Source of the DNA: Longimicrobiales bacterium
Lineage (GTDB): Bacteria; Gemmatimonadota; Gemmatimonadetes; Longimicrobiales; Gaopeijiaceae
Assembly: GCA_965226375.1 (NCBI GenBank)
Contig: CBDDCX010000007.1
Coordinates: 544,001 to 608,000 of the forward strand
Length of the DNA stretch: 64,000 nucleotides
Direction of reading: 5' to 3'
Part shown: positions 1 through 10,775 of the stretch, one piece after another
Layout of the letters: each line of letters begins with the position of its first letter
Position numbering within the stretch: the stretch's first letter is position 1
Made by a program: the position numbers and the translations under genes
Notes under the pieces: generated by a model
Databases searched by the model: none
Seen by the model: the letters and a program-made list of their open reading frames with translations, nothing else
Told to the model about the DNA's origin: nothing

Positions 1-818
1 GCCTGTACGTCGTCAATGTATTTCCCGCCCAAGAAGCACCTCCGGAGGGCGGCGCTCTACCCGTAAACGTCCGCAATATCTTCCTCGAGCAGTCGGGTGA
101 GGGATGGCGGGTCACGGACCTCTTCCAGATTCTGAACGAAGGTGACCGCACCCTGGTAGCGGCCGATGACGGAGTGGTGTGGACTTATCCCCTCCCCCCC
201 GAAGCAACCTCGGCGGAGCTGGGCCAGGGTGACCTTCCGCCGGACGCCGTGACGTTCGAGGATGGCCGGGTTTCCGTACGGGCTCCGCTCCCCCCGGGCG
301 AGCGCATGCTTCTGATTCGCTACGAGCTCCCTGCCATCGATGTCGAGTTTCCCGTTCCGGGGGTCACGGAGACGCTGGAGCTTCTGGTAAGGGAGCCCGC
401 CCCCGCCCTAGACGTTCTGGGCCTGCAGCCCATCGATGTGGTCGCTTTGGATGCCGGGAGCGCCTACCGTCGATACGCCGGAACGGGCCTCCGTGATGTG
501 GTGGTTCTTGTGGAAGAGCAGCCCGAGGGCCGACTACTGTCCATGGGCCTGTTCGCCGCTCTGGTTGCGGCCCTGCTCGGTGGCGTCGGGCTGTTCGCGT
601 ACATCAGGCCGAGAGAGTCGGTCACCGCATCGGCAGCAGCCACCGTTTCCGGGGCCGCACCGACTATGGCCTCGCCACCCAACGAGGGGCGTGACCGGTT
701 GATCCTCCGGGCGGCGCGCATCGACGAGTCGTTGGACACCGCCACGGACCCCGCGACGCGCCGGATGATGATGGAAGAGCGGGCGGCGCTTCTGGCCCAG
801 CTCAGGGCCCGGAGCTGA
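1..818 (+). CDS. Hypothetical membrane-anchored protein, 5' truncated by window edge
   Basis: Frame is open from position 3 to TGA at 816-818; one TM segment (LFAALVAALLGGVGLFAYI) and a short helical C-tail. Confidence 0.7.
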   Translation, partial: LYVVNVFPAQEAPPEGGALPVNVRNIFLEQSGEGWRVTDLFQILNEGDRTLVAADDGVVWTYPLPPEATSAELGQGDLPPDAVTFEDGRVSVRAPLPPGERMLLIRYELPAIDVEFPVPGVTETLELLVREPAPALDVLGLQPIDVVALDAGSAYRRYAGTGLRDVVVLVEEQPEGRLLSMGLFAALVAALLGGVGLFAYIRPRESVTASAAATVSGAAPTMASPPNEGRDRLILRAARIDESLDTATDPATRRMMMEERAALLAQLRARS

Positions 819-889
819 CGGCCCCGTGGTCCGTGGCCCAGGTGTGTCGCGCCCAGAAGGACACCTTACAAAAGCGACGGAACGATAGC

Positions 890-1726
890 GTGTCCGCTGT
901 GACTACCCCCGCGGTGCTGCTCCGCTCGTACAACTATAGCGAGACAAGCCGTATCCTCCGATTCTACACCCTCGATCTGGGTCTCGTAGGGGTCATGGCG
1001 AAAGGAATCCGCAAGGGAGGTGGCCAGGGCCGGAGCGGCCTCGAGACGTTTTCGCGGGGCGACCTTACCCTGTACGTCCGGCCGACGCGTGACCTCCAGA
1101 CCTTCAAGGAGTTCGATCTTCGCGAGAGCGGGGGAGGCCTGGGGCGTGACGTTGTCCGCTTCGCCGCGGCTTCCGTGTTGGCGGAGCTCGTACTGGTACA
1201 CGCAGAGTCGCAACCCAGCCCAGAGGTCTTCGGACGCCTGACGGCTGGCTTGAAGCGGGTTGATGAAATACGGCGCGATGACGTCGTGGCTGCTCTCTTG
1301 AACGAAGGATGGATGTTGGTGTCGGCCTTCGGCTATCAACCTCAGCTCGATCCGTGCGTGCACTGCGGGAATCCGCTGACGGAGGCCGACCTGGGTCGAT
1401 TCGACTTCGGAGCCGGAGGGGTGCGGTGCCCGGGTTGCGCGCTGGACATCGCAGGGCCCTTGATCGGTCCGGGTGCTCGGGAACAGCTTGACGCGCTGTT
1501 ACAGGGGCCCACCGACATGCCGATTACGAAACCGAAGGCGCATCTCCAGCTTCTCCACGATTTCACGCTGTATCACATCTCCGGATCGAAAGCTCTCCAG
1601 TCCTTCCGTTTCCTGGCGTCGGTGGCCCAACTAGAGGTGGACACCTTCCCCGGTGTGGGTGCGGATGCCCCCACAGACGAGGAAAAGATACCGTCGACCG
1701 ATCTAGGACGCGGACAAGGGTCATGA
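890..1726 (+). CDS. recO: DNA repair protein RecO
   Basis: N-terminal AVLLRSYNYSETSRILRFYT...G.V.VMAKG OB-fold pattern; Zn-finger CVHC...CPGC; likely GTG start at 890. Confidence 0.9.
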   Translation: MSAVTTPAVLLRSYNYSETSRILRFYTLDLGLVGVMAKGIRKGGGQGRSGLETFSRGDLTLYVRPTRDLQTFKEFDLRESGGGLGRDVVRFAAASVLAELVLVHAESQPSPEVFGRLTAGLKRVDEIRRDDVVAALLNEGWMLVSAFGYQPQLDPCVHCGNPLTEADLGRFDFGAGGVRCPGCALDIAGPLIGPGAREQLDALLQGPTDMPITKPKAHLQLLHDFTLYHISGSKALQSFRFLASVAQLEVDTFPGVGADAPTDEEKIPSTDLGRGQGS

Positions 1727-3654
1727 CGGGAAAACGACTGATTCTGGGGACCGCGGGCCACATCGATCATGGCAAGACGGCGCTCGTGAAGGCCCTCACA
1801 GGCGTCGACACGGACCGGCTGCAGGAAGAGAAGGCGAGAGGCATCACGATCGACCTCGGATTCGCCGAGCTCATTCCTCAGAAGGGTCTCCACCTCGGTA
1901 TTGTCGACGTGCCGGGCCATGAGGGTTTCATCCGGAACATGCTCGCCGGCGCTACCGGGATGGATCTGGTCCTGATGGTGGTGGCGGCCGACGAGGGCAT
2001 GATGCCGCAGACGCGAGAGCATTTGGACATCGTGCGGTTGCTTGGCGTCGATCAGATGGTGGTGGCGCTCACCAAGGCGGACCTAGTGGAGGAGGAGTGG
2101 CTGGCCCTGGTCGAAGAAGAAGTCTTCGAGGCGTTGGCAGAGACTCCCTTTGCAGGCGCCCCCGTGGTGTCGACTTCGACGGTGACCGGGCAGGGCAAGG
2201 ACGAGCTAGTGGAGGCGTTGGGGGGAGTGGCCCAGAGGGTGGGGGAGCGGTCCAGCAAGGACGTGGCGCGGCTCCCGATCGACCGGGCTTTCACGGTCAA
2301 GGGCACCGGCACGGTCGTGACGGGAACGCTGTGGAGCGGAACCTTGTCCATGGGCGACAGCGTCGTTCTCCAGCCGTCGGGCATCAGCGGTCGCATTCGG
2401 GGGCTGCAGGTGCACGGAGTTCAGGTGGAGCGGGCGGAGGCGGGTGAGCGCACCGCCGTTGCCCTTACCGGTTCGGACATCGATCTCGAGACCGTGGAGC
2501 GGGGACAAGTACTCGTTCTCGAGGCGGGCTGGTCGCCGACGTCGATGCTCACCGTGGCCCTGACGGTGCTTCCGAAGACCGGTTGGACGGTAAAGCACGG
2601 ACAACGGGTGCGAGTCCACCTGGGGACGAGTGAGGTCATGGCCCGAGTGGTCACGCTGGAGGGTGCGGAGGTTGCCCCCGGAGGCTCAGGATGGGTTCAG
2701 CTCCGGTTGGAGAAGCCACTACTGGCACGTACTCGCGATCGCCTCGTGATCCGGTCCTATTCCCCGGTAACGACGATCGGGGGCGGGATCGTCGCTGAGG
2801 CCGTGGCACCGAAGAGGAAGAAGCTTCGGCCGGGAGAGGCCGACGCCCTGTCGGTGGTTATTCACGGTGAGGTGCCCGAGTCGTTGAAGGCTCTCCTCAC
2901 ACTGGTCGCCTGGAGGGGAGTCGTAGTAACGGAGACTCCCGTACACACGGGTCTTTCACAAGATGTGATACGATTGGCCAAGCCGGTCGTGCTGGCATCT
3001 GGGGCTCGCGAAGCCTCGGGGGAGTTGTATGGGTCCGAGGTGGTGGACGCTGCACGGACGGTGCTGGAGGATGCCGTGGACGCCTTTCATCGAGACCAGC
3101 CACTCCGGCCCGGTATCGCCGTTGAGCTGCTCCGACAGAAGCTCCCCACCCGAGACGAGGCCCGCCTGGCCGACCTTCTCCTGGAAGAGGCTGGTGCCTC
3201 AGACCGGATCGTCGTGCAGGGGGGCCTGGTGTCACGGCCAGGGTATGAGCCGTCGTTCACGCCGGAGCAGACCGCCCTGCGAGAGGGACTCCTGGAGCTC
3301 TATCGGCAGGCGGGACTGGCACCGCCGACCGTTGGCGAGCTCCCGGGCGCACAGAGAGACAGTCCGGACCTTTGGCCTGTGCTCAAGCTGCTCGAGAGAG
3401 AGGGGAAACTGGTGAACCTGGACGAAGATTTCTTTGCCGACGCCGAAATCATTCTCGAAGCTAGACATGAAGTAAAAAAGCAGCTAATGGGTGCTAAAGG
3501 GTTGGGGCCAGCGGATTTCCGTGAAGTGTTATCCGTGACGAGAAAGCATTTGATTCCCATTCTGAGCTACTTCGACCGCACGGGGCTCACGGTCCGGCAG
3601 GGGGACGGCCGGGAGGTCGTTGCGCAGGGTGGAAGGGGGTCCGCGGAGGGATAG
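1723..3654 (+). CDS. selB: Selenocysteine-specific elongation factor
   Basis: [30 protein letters not shown] GTPase motifs; C-terminal winged helix with [13 protein letters not shown]. Confidence 0.96.
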   Translation: MTGKRLILGTAGHIDHGKTALVKALTGVDTDRLQEEKARGITIDLGFAELIPQKGLHLGIVDVPGHEGFIRNMLAGATGMDLVLMVVAADEGMMPQTREHLDIVRLLGVDQMVVALTKADLVEEEWLALVEEEVFEALAETPFAGAPVVSTSTVTGQGKDELVEALGGVAQRVGERSSKDVARLPIDRAFTVKGTGTVVTGTLWSGTLSMGDSVVLQPSGISGRIRGLQVHGVQVERAEAGERTAVALTGSDIDLETVERGQVLVLEAGWSPTSMLTVALTVLPKTGWTVKHGQRVRVHLGTSEVMARVVTLEGAEVAPGGSGWVQLRLEKPLLARTRDRLVIRSYSPVTTIGGGIVAEAVAPKRKKLRPGEADALSVVIHGEVPESLKALLTLVAWRGVVVTETPVHTGLSQDVIRLAKPVVLASGAREASGELYGSEVVDAARTVLEDAVDAFHRDQPLRPGIAVELLRQKLPTRDEARLADLLLEEAGASDRIVVQGGLVSRPGYEPSFTPEQTALREGLLELYRQAGLAPPTVGELPGAQRDSPDLWPVLKLLEREGKLVNLDEDFFADAEIILEARHEVKKQLMGAKGLGPADFREVLSVTRKHLIPILSYFDRTGLTVRQGDGREVVAQGGRGSAEG

Positions 3655-3860
3655 ACCCCTCACAAGTACCCCACCGAAGGTCGAAACTGAAGGGCACGGC
3701 CCGGATCTGCGGAACCAATGCGTGGCTTCACAGCTATATGAACGGGTGGAAACAGATGCTTGCGGCTGTTTTCGCCGATCCGTATAGTTGAGGTCAAGAA
3801 GCGAAGGCTTGCAGGCACTGGCGCTCTGGAGGGCTATTAGGTCCAACGGCTACGGCATGG

Positions 3861-4310
3861 GTGGTGCACATGAGACGCGGATATTGCGTCTTCCTGTTTC
3901 TCGCGGTTTTCGGCACTGCGGCTGATCTATCAGCGCAGGTCTCGGGGCAGAGCCCCACCGAACGACCGGAGAGCGGGTTCACATTAGGTCAGAACTACCC
4001 CAATCCGTTCAATCCTGAAACGAGAATCCCCTTCCAGCTTTCCGAAGGGTTGTTCGTGGATGGGAGAACGGCCGTTGTATCCGTGCGCATCTACAACGTG
4101 CTGCAGCAGTTCGTGGCCACACCCACTGCGCTCAATCACCCCAATGGTCAGACGCCCCTCGTCGATCTGGAGTACATCACACCGGGTCGTTACGAGGCCT
4201 ACTGGGATGGCCTTGATCAAGCGGGCCGTAAGGTGGCTTCGGGTATCTACTTCGTGCAGTTGATCGTGAACGGAGAGCGCGCGGTCATCAGGATGTACGT
4301 CACCAAGTAG
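3861..4310 (+). CDS. Secreted protein consisting essentially of a FlgD-Ig/T9SS C-terminal-like domain
   Basis: Signal peptide, then LGQNYPNPFNPET...WDG.D..G..VASGIYF. Confidence 0.75.
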   Translation: MVHMRRGYCVFLFLAVFGTAADLSAQVSGQSPTERPESGFTLGQNYPNPFNPETRIPFQLSEGLFVDGRTAVVSVRIYNVLQQFVATPTALNHPNGQTPLVDLEYITPGRYEAYWDGLDQAGRKVASGIYFVQLIVNGERAVIRMYVTK

Positions 4311-4329
4311 GTTTGGCCTGATCGGCTCC

Positions 4330-4782
4330 TCAGGGAGCCCGCTCTTCCAGCAATCTGAGGAACTCCTCCGGTTCGTCGAGCCCCTTCAGAAGCCCGGGAA
4401 TGTCGTCGTCTTTGGCGAACTGGGCGATCTTGCCGAGCACGGGTAGGTACTGGTTGGAGACCTCGAGAGGCGGAGCCACGATCAGGAAGAAGTTGTACAC
4501 GGGTTGATCGTCGATGGCCCTGAATTCCAGACCCTCCAACTTGCGCCCATATGCCAGACGCAACCGGCTCACGACCAGAGACCGACAGTGGGGAATGGCA
4601 ATGCCCCGTCCGATGCCGGTCGAACCGAGGTTCTCCCGCCGTTTCAGCGTCTTGTAGAGAATGCTCTCGGACTTCTCGTCGAGACGCAGGAGCGCGACCA
4701 ACTGCTTGAGCGTCTCGTCCTTCGATTCCGCGGTGAGGTTGAGGTTCACGACCTCGGGGCTGAATAGCTCCCTGAGCTTCAT
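4330..4782 (-). CDS. PTS EIIA component (Fru/Ntr type)
   Basis: RENLGSTGIGRGIAIPH phospho-His motif; ATG at 4782 with GGAGG SD. Confidence 0.9.
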   Translation of the reverse strand: MKLRELFSPEVVNLNLTAESKDETLKQLVALLRLDEKSESILYKTLKRRENLGSTGIGRGIAIPHCRSLVVSRLRLAYGRKLEGLEFRAIDDQPVYNFFLIVAPPLEVSNQYLPVLGKIAQFAKDDDIPGLLKGLDEPEEFLRLLEERAP

Positions 4783-4921
4783 ATCTGTTTCCTCCGAAGG
4801 ACCGGGCCTTCGTGAGCATGTCGGTTTCGATTCATTGTCAGCCTCAAATATTCCCACGAGGGCGGAGGCTGTCAAAGCATGACCCTTCACCCATTTCCGT
4901 ACCGATCATACCTTTCCCTTC

Positions 4922-5923
4922 ATGGCTGACGATCTCTTCGAGCTCCTGGCGAGCGACCGGACCCCACTTTTCCTGGCGCCCCAGGCGGGTGTGAGCGAAT
5001 CGCCGTTCAGGCGTCTCTGTCGCCGCTTCGGCGCGGACGTGGTGTCCACGGAGTTCGTGAGCGCCGACGGCATCATGCAGGGCAACCGCCAGACTCGGGA
5101 TCACCTTCGATTCGACGAGGATGAGCGGCCTATCGGAATCCAGATCTTCGGCTCGGATCCCAAGACTATGGGAGAGGCCGCCGCCTTGGTGACCGATCTG
5201 TTCGGACCTGACTTCATCGACATCAACTTCGGATGTCCGGTAAAGAAGATCGTAAAGCGAAACGGGGGCTCGGGTTGCCTTCGGGATATGGACCTGGTCG
5301 AGCGCATCATCAAGTCGGTGGCGGCCAACACTGAATTGCCCGTGACCACCAAGATCCGGAGTGGGTACGACGAGCCGTCCCGGGATCCCGTGGCCATCGG
5401 CCTCCGATGTCAGGACGCAGGGTCACGAGTGGTCACACTCCACCCCCGCACCCGCACGGACATGTATTCCGGTCAGGCCCGCTGGGATGAGATCGCCTCT
5501 CTCGTGGACGCTCTGGACGTCCCCGTGGTGGGAAACGGAGACGTGAATGAGGGTGCCGACGCAAAGCGGATGAAGGAGCAAACGAACTGCGCGGGAGTCA
5601 TGATCGCGCGCGGATCGCACGGTTATCCGTGGATCTTCGAGCAGGCACGGGCCGCGTTGGGCGGCGCCCCCATGCCGGCGGAGCCGAACGTAGAGGAGCG
5701 CTTCCAGGTGTGCCTGGAGCATATACGGAACGGAATCCAGTTCGGTCGTGATGCCGACCGAACCCTGATCGACTTCCGGAAGCACCTCGGATGGTACACC
5801 AAAGGCCTTCCGGGCGGGAAAATGTTGCGCACGGAGCTGTTCCAGGTGACGGCTCTCGAACAGGTCGAGACCCTGCTGCAGGGTTATCTGGATCGACATC
5901 TCGAAGGTGCCGAGGCGGCCTGA
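4922..5923 (+). CDS. dusB: tRNA-dihydrouridine synthase B
   Basis: LAPQAGVS, QIFGS, IDINFGCP, H.RT, GNGD, VMIARG motifs. Confidence 0.92.
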   Translation: MADDLFELLASDRTPLFLAPQAGVSESPFRRLCRRFGADVVSTEFVSADGIMQGNRQTRDHLRFDEDERPIGIQIFGSDPKTMGEAAALVTDLFGPDFIDINFGCPVKKIVKRNGGSGCLRDMDLVERIIKSVAANTELPVTTKIRSGYDEPSRDPVAIGLRCQDAGSRVVTLHPRTRTDMYSGQARWDEIASLVDALDVPVVGNGDVNEGADAKRMKEQTNCAGVMIARGSHGYPWIFEQARAALGGAPMPAEPNVEERFQVCLEHIRNGIQFGRDADRTLIDFRKHLGWYTKGLPGGKMLRTELFQVTALEQVETLLQGYLDRHLEGAEAA

Positions 5924-6054
5924 GACTCGGTCGCCGACGAACAAGTTTTGGCTCGTGGTACACCCTCAGGGGGATCCTGGCCTTCCGGCCAGGGGTAGGG
6001 CAGTCGTCGGGTGACCGATAGATTCAAGGACCGGCCGAAAGGCCGCAGGAAACC

Positions 6055-6412
6055 GGGGGCGTCACGGCTTCGACGCGTTTGGTGAACATAGAGTAGCGTG
6101 CCGAGGTGCCTGGGACCCTCGTAAAACACCTAGGGAAATCATAATTGCCAACAATGATCTGGCATTGGCTGCGTAACTACGGTTCGCAGCTCGTCTCCTG
6201 ATCTGCCTGCCCGAGGCGGGTCTCCGAGACGTCGATGAGTCGGGCTGGTCTCGCGCCAGCGCTGTCCTGGTGAGAGATGAGATTTCAGATAGCTAGTCTG
6301 GGGGTCGGTTGCTCGCTCGCCGCCCCGGGCGAATTTTCGAGTGACGCTACGCACGTAGAGGCTCTATAGGATCGATTCGCGGACGCGGGTTCGACTCCCG
6401 CCGCCTCCATCA
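6055..6412 (+). ncRNA. ssrA: tmRNA; tag (A)ANNDLALAA* encoded at 6147-6176
   Basis: 5' GGGGGCG pairs with 3' CGCCTCC (G3-U wobble), T-arm GCGGGTTCGACTCCCGC, tag ORF ending ALAA-TAA after ATAATT; ends ATCA rather than ACCA. Confidence 0.95.
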
Positions 6413-6416
6413 AGAC

Positions 6417-6451
6417 AGCTCTGGTCACCGGTCCGGTGGCCAGAGCTTTTT
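6417..6451 (+). terminator. Intrinsic terminator after ssrA
   Basis: AGCTCTGGTCACCG...CGGTGGCCAGAGCT stem followed by T run. Confidence 0.8.
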
Positions 6452-6474
6452 GGCTCCCAATGACGAAGTGTGTC

Positions 6475-6631
6475 GCGGCGGGAGGCGAACCCGCGCGGAT
6501 TCGGCGTAGCCGAAGACGCTACGCGAGGTTCGAGCCGAGCGGCTTGGGTGTCCTCGAAGACTCGCGCGTGTACCCGCGAGACGACTGAGGATCGGCGCGC
6601 CAGCGCCGACCGCAGATCACCCCCGCCGCCG
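6475..6631. repeat. tmRNA-linked palindromic element
   Basis: 6475-6495 is a 20/21 inverted copy of tmRNA 6384-6404; internal hairpins; ends in CCCGCCGCC like the tmRNA 3' end. Confidence 0.65.
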
Positions 6632-6699
6632 GCTGCTGCGTTATATGGAGCGGTCGTGCAGATTGTGATGTCGTACCGGGGGTAGTCTCGCGTGATCGT

Positions 6700-7445
6700 T
6701 TGGGAGGCAAGCAAATAGACATCGCAGTCCGCGAAGCGGAATACGCCGAGATCGAGCCCCTTCGAGCGCTTTACCGGAAGGAAGCCGACTGTCAGATCGT
6801 CCGTGACTCGATTCTGCGAAGAGGACTCGCCGATCCGTATCTGATTCTCGTGGGCGGACGCGTCGCAGGGTACGCAGGTGTGTGGAACCAGTACCACGAG
6901 CACCGTCTCATGGAGTTCCACACGCTGGCCGAGAGACGAGACGAGACGAGGCGTTGGCGATGTTTCGGGAGGTGTTGCGTGTCAGCCGAGTTACCCACGT
7001 CGAGGCCCAGACCAACATGCCCTCGATGGCTGCGATGCTCTACGAGTGCGCTACCGACATTCTCGAAGAGCACATCCTGTTTGACGATGGCCCTACGACC
7101 CACTTGAACTGCCCGGGAGCGGTGTTCAGACGGCGAAAGGACGCAGACGAGGAACCTGAGGGTGAGTGGGTCATCGAACGGAACGACACGGTCTTGGCCG
7201 CGGGAGGAGTACTCTACCACTACAACCCGCCGTACGGTGACGTCTACATGGAGGTGGTGGCCGACGCTCGGCGACAAGGAGTCGGAAGTTATCTGGTACA
7301 GGAACTGCGGCGTATCTGCCACGAGGGAGGCAAGAGGCCTGCGGCACGCTGTAACCCGGATAATGAAGCCTCTCGACGTACCCTGGAGCGGGGCGGGTTG
7401 TCGATATGCGGACGGCTCATGGTGGGCGAAGTGAGGATGGAATAG
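6700..7445 (+). pseudogene. GNAT acetyltransferase frameshifted at (ACGAG)x3
   Basis: Two ORFs join as HTLAERRDE|ALAMFREV if one ACGAG (6936-6950) is removed; RRQGVGS acetyl-CoA motif, NEASRRTLERGG. Confidence 0.75.
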
Positions 7446-7577
7446 GGGAGGGTAATTCTTGCGGTGTGACGATCTGGCTGGTGCGCCCCTTTGGGTGACG
7501 CGGGCGGTGTACGTAGGTTTCATATCGAAGTGTACGTACGCCGTGTGGCCCTCATGCCGGTCGGTGTTTGGCGTGAG

Positions 7578-8145
<568 letters not shown>

Positions 8146-8159
<14 letters not shown>

Positions 8160-8340
8160 CGGCTACCAGTGTCCTGGCCTTCATGGCTATCTCGGCCTCG
8201 TCGAGGTCGGGCTCGGTGGTGCGAAGCCAAGCCTCTTACAACTCCACGGCCTGCCGTATCATGCCGTTCATGCTGTCCAGCTTTTGTTGCGGCGACATTC
8301 GGCGGAGGATTTCCAACTCAGGAAGGCAGTCACTATCCAT
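8146..8340 (-). pseudogene. Small partner gene of the nucleotidyltransferase with internal TAA
   Basis: MDSDCLPELEILRRMSPQQKLDSMNGMIRQAVEL*EAWLRTTEPDLDEAEI...; TAA at 8236-8238; overlaps the NTase start. Confidence 0.6.
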
Positions 8341-8449
8341 GTCTGAATGTTATGGTGAGCCGCCAGGCGAGCAACGGTCATCATGCACACACGTGCTCTT
8401 CCTGGCCGAAAAAGCTAGCTTCGGGGAAACCGAGGGCACATCGGACCAA

Positions 8450-8943
8450 ATGACGAAGCTACTTGAAGACTGCGAGGACTCCTCGGTGTCGGCATCACGT
8501 GGGGCACTTTATGGGGAGGGATCGGAGCGGGTATCGGACTCCTGATCGGAGTCGTTTCGCCCGGCGTCTGGCTGTGGACCAACCCGATCTTGGACTATGC
8601 GATCGGCATCGGCCTGTATGGATTCTTTTCCGGGGTCGGATTCGGAACACTCTTGTCTGTCGGTGAGGGTCGCAGGACGATTCTCGATCTCTCTCTGAAG
8701 AAGGTCGCCGTGTTCGGAGTTCTCGGGGCCGTGACGGTCCCGCTCCTGTTCGGCATGGCGGGGATGTTCGCCGCCGGTACGTCTGTCGTAGACATCCTCG
8801 AGGCCGTCCTGTTGACGGGGGTCCTCGGTGGTACCTTCGCTCCAGGGTCCGTGGCCATCGCCGGGAGGGCCGAGTTGCGAGAAGCGGAAGAGCGAGACCT
8901 TCTGACTTCGAGGAGCGACTCGGATAGGATGCTGCCTGGGTGA
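8450..8943 (+). pseudogene. Multi-TM membrane protein with 1-nt frameshift near start
   Basis: MTKLL then frame change into RLRGLLGVGITWGTLWGGIGAGIG, continuous with ORF 8590-8943. Confidence 0.6.
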
Positions 8944-9046
8944 GACGCAGGAACCGGACAACGTAGGACGCTCACCGGAAGAGTTGCCGTACTAGTGGGG
9001 GCGGGAGTCGGTTCGACGTCCCCTCGTGCCCATGAAATCAGGAGTA

Positions 9047-10115
9047 AAGGGGGTATTCCCTTAAGTCCACCGACCCCAAGATATAGTGGTTACCGGGGCT
9101 CTGCGGGCCGTTTCCCACGTCCGGTGCCGAGGTAAAGGGCCGAAGCTGGCGTGGGAGCACACTGAACAGCCTGCTCAAGCAAGCGGTAGAACAACAGGCC
9201 GCGAGCCCGGGATGTGCGTCGGTTGAAGCGAAAGGTGAACTCGTCCAGATAGTAGGGGAGGTGTTCGCGGGCGATCCCTCCTTGGAGGGTTCCGAGGACC
9301 CAGCGCTTGAGGAGAGACGCCACCCGATGTACGGCCGACATGAGCACGTGAGCGGGATCGCCGGAGGTCGAGAGGTTCGTGACCGTGTGGCGAAAGCCCA
9401 GTTTGGCGAGTCCCTGATAGCTTGGCCATCCGTCGGTATGCACCGTGCTTGCCGGTGCGATGCTATCCTTGACGAAGCCTCGCAGAACCGGAGCGGAGAG
9501 GTCGGGCACCCAACGCAGCCGTATTCTCCCGATCTTGCGTCCGTCGACCTCGGCGGCGATCGCGACGATGGCCTTCTTGATCGTCTCGCGGCCCCGCACT
9601 CCAGCCTCCACGCCCCCGACATAGCTCTCGTCCACTTGCACAACGCCGCTCAGCTGGTCGCGATCCGGTCGGACCATGGCCCGGCGGAGCTTGTGGAGCC
9701 AGACCCACGCTGTCTTGTAGCTTCCCAGTCCGAGCACGCGCTGGAGCCCGAGAGCATTGGCTCCGTATTTCTGGCTCGTGAGCTCCCAGGCAGCGAGAAA
9801 CCACAGACGCAGGGGCGAGCGCGTGCGGTGGAACACGGTTCCCGCCAGCACCGAGGTCTGCCTTCGACAGTGTGGGCAGACGAGACGCCCCCGCGATGCT
9901 CGCCAGACCTCTCCCAACCCGCCACAGCCCACGCACACAAACCCTTCCGGCCAGCGCAGACCCTCCACGTACTCCAGGCATGCCGCATCGTCGGGGAAGA
10001 ACTCGTCCAGCTCCAGCCGCGTACGGGGATAGTCCACGCCGCCACGGAGCTGAGAAGCCGGAACCGCCATGACCACAACATGTAGTGGGCGGTGGACTTA
10101 AGGCAATACCCCATT
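9047..10115 (-). mobile_element. IS1595-family element, complete (1069 bp)
   Basis: 25-bp IRs AAGGGGGTATTCCCTTAAGTCCACC / AATGGGGTATTGCCTTAAGTCCACC; 8-bp TSD CAGGAGTA at 9039-9046 and 10116-10123. Confidence 0.93.
9090..10070 (-). CDS. IS1595-family transposase
   Basis: Zn ribbon RWPEGFVCVGC...CPHC; VDESY, HTDGW, YLDEFTFRFNRR motifs. Confidence 0.92.
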   Translation of the reverse strand: MAVPASQLRGGVDYPRTRLELDEFFPDDAACLEYVEGLRWPEGFVCVGCGGLGEVWRASRGRLVCPHCRRQTSVLAGTVFHRTRSPLRLWFLAAWELTSQKYGANALGLQRVLGLGSYKTAWVWLHKLRRAMVRPDRDQLSGVVQVDESYVGGVEAGVRGRETIKKAIVAIAAEVDGRKIGRIRLRWVPDLSAPVLRGFVKDSIAPASTVHTDGWPSYQGLAKLGFRHTVTNLSTSGDPAHVLMSAVHRVASLLKRWVLGTLQGGIAREHLPYYLDEFTFRFNRRTSRARGLLFYRLLEQAVQCAPTPASALYLGTGRGKRPAEPR

Positions 10116-10128
10116 CAGGAGTATTCAA

Positions 10129-10614
10129 TTGAAGCCAGCTACGCTCGTTTGCCTTATTGCCCTCCTCACGCCCACGAGCCTCTCCGGCATCCAGCAGTCT
10201 GCCGACGAACTCGAACTTCTCCGCATCCACGAGGCGGTCATGGAATCCCACCGCCAGGGAGACGTGGAGACGTGGATGGCGGTCGAGTCGGAGCGGTATA
10301 CTTCGGTCAATCGAGGCCGGATAACCTTTCCCAGCAGCGATGATCGGCGGCAGATGCGGGAGCCGTATCTGGCCTCCACGACCTTCACGATGTACCGGGA
10401 TCTGCGCACGCCCCTCGTTCGCGTGTCCGGCGACGGGTCCCTCGGTTGGCTGATGGCCGAGGTGGAGGTGCGAGGTGTGCAACGAGGGCAGGGGGGAGAA
10501 GAGACACCTATCCACACCATCTGGGCCTGGATAGAACTCTATGAGAAGGGCCCTGACGGATGGCGGGTGGTGGGGAACGCGTCCAACCCTCGAGAGGATG
10601 ACGACGGGCGATAG
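10129..10614 (+). CDS. Secreted NTF2/SnoaL-like (DUF4440-type) protein
   Basis: Signal peptide; C-terminal YEKGPDGWRVV; SD AGGAG preserved in the IS TSD. Confidence 0.7.
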   Translation: MKPATLVCLIALLTPTSLSGIQQSADELELLRIHEAVMESHRQGDVETWMAVESERYTSVNRGRITFPSSDDRRQMREPYLASTTFTMYRDLRTPLVRVSGDGSLGWLMAEVEVRGVQRGQGGEETPIHTIWAWIELYEKGPDGWRVVGNASNPREDDDGR

Positions 10615-10775
10615 GCCCCCATATCCGGTCGATGAACCGTAGGTCGATGAGCCTTCCCGAGCTGTTTTTCTGTCACTCCAGGTAACGAAGCTGCCGGGAC
10701 CGAGTCTCTCGGTATCCGACTTTGATCAATCGCATGGTTCGGCTTCATGAGCCTGTCGTGATAAGGAGAACTGTC

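Noticed and set aside
6364..6921. 185-aa minus-strand ORF overlapping the tmRNA end
   Set aside because: Antisense to tmRNA, the palindromic element and the GNAT gene; no protein features
9000..9025. Second inverted tmRNA-end fragment (GGCGGGAGTCG) or attR of an ssrA island
   Set aside because: Only 11 bp, GC-rich and inverted; an att duplicate should be direct, so chance is plausible
9261..10515. Long alternative-frame ORFs over IS1595 (274 and 350 aa), and similar shadows over glnA, CNNM, hldE and NACHT
   Set aside because: Typical antisense/off-frame ORFs of high-GC coding DNA with no recognisable motifs
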